In this document: piece after piece, positions 63,246 to 64,000 of the stretch
How positions within the stretch are numbered: position 1 is the first letter of the stretch
Layout of the letters: the number at the start of each line of letters is the position of its first letter
Origin: Eledone cirrhosa
Taxonomy: Eukaryota
Assembly: GCA_964016885.1 (NCBI GenBank)
Contig: OZ024756.1
Span: forward strand, 12,338,001-12,402,000
Direction of reading: 5' to 3'
Length of the DNA: 64,000 nucleotides
The notes under the pieces: generated by a model
Told to the model about the DNA's origin: nothing
Databases searched by the model: none
The model's input: only the letters and a program-made list of their open reading frames with translations
Translations under genes and position numbers: made by a program

Positions 63246-63502
63246 TATACACACACACACACACAATCATCATCATCATCATCATCATCATCGTTTAACG
63301 TCTATCTTCCACGATAGCATGGGTTATCATATATATTATAACCATTATTTTTACGTCCACTTCCCTTTTCCATGTTGGCATGGGTTGGATGGGATGTTTT
63401 TGGCAACATTTTACAGCTGGATACCCTTCCTGACACCAACCCTTTTAGTTGCTTCTTACAACAAAGGATATACAGACACACGCATATATATATATATATA
63501 TA

Positions 63503-64000
63503 TCATCATCATCATCATTTTACGTCCGCTTTTCCCTGCTTGCAAGGGTGGGACGGGTCTTATTCAGCACAGCATCTCTCCACTCGTCACGGTCCTTCGT
63601 CATCTCCACCGTGAGCTTCAATGATCTGAGGTCTGTTCTCACCACCTCCGCCCATGTTTTTCGTGGTCTACCTCTACCACGTCTTCCTTCAACTGGCATT
63701 TCCTGGCACTTCTTCACCCATCGGTCATCCTCCATGCGCATCACATGTCCATACCACCTCAGTCTCCTCTCCCGTACACTACATTCTATCCCTCTCAGAC
63801 ACAGTTTCTCTCTCAACACATTTATGCTGGGTCGTTCACGCACATTTATACTGCACATCCAACGGAGCATGCTTGCCTCATTTCTCTCCAGCCGTCGCAT
63901 ATCCTCTGCAGTTGCTGCCCATGTCTCACTACCATGCAGCATCGCGCTCCTCACACAGGCATCGTACAACCGGCCTTTCGTACGCAGGGAGAAACCCTTC
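63503..64000 (-). mobile_element. RTE LINE 3' end (young-looking; runs off the right edge)
   Basis: Uninterrupted ORF end MLHGSETW...GRPRKTW...TRPTLASREKRT* plus (GAT)n. Confidence 0.92.

Overview
Repeat-dense eukaryotic genomic DNA. The SINE/MITE families, RTE LINEs and TA/GAT microsatellites resemble an octopod cephalopod, but that assignment is an inference. Two spliced minus-strand genes were rebuilt by hand with consistent GT-AG phases. (1) The 3' half of XRCC1: five exons from 61434 to 36552, covering the linker, CK2/FHA sites, BRCT2 and the stop. (2) A NEMO (IKBKG)/optineurin-family gene: ATG at 28834 and ten coding exons to 4737 ending in 'VLKAQ', with the rest of UBAN and the zinc finger expected beyond the left edge. 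Introns hold RTE and R4-like LINE pieces, two tRNA-SINE families, piggyBac/mariner/hAT/Helitron remnants and many minisatellites, several seeded from transposon fragments. Most long ORFs in the track are repeat artefacts. Most notable: a 160-bp near-perfect palindrome in an XRCC1 intron with a minimal hammerhead ribozyme on each strand (Penelope-pLTR-like); a second decayed hammerhead; and a coding 36-bp repeat giving XRCC1 five acidic TQP[IVL] motifs resembling ATM/FHA docking sites.
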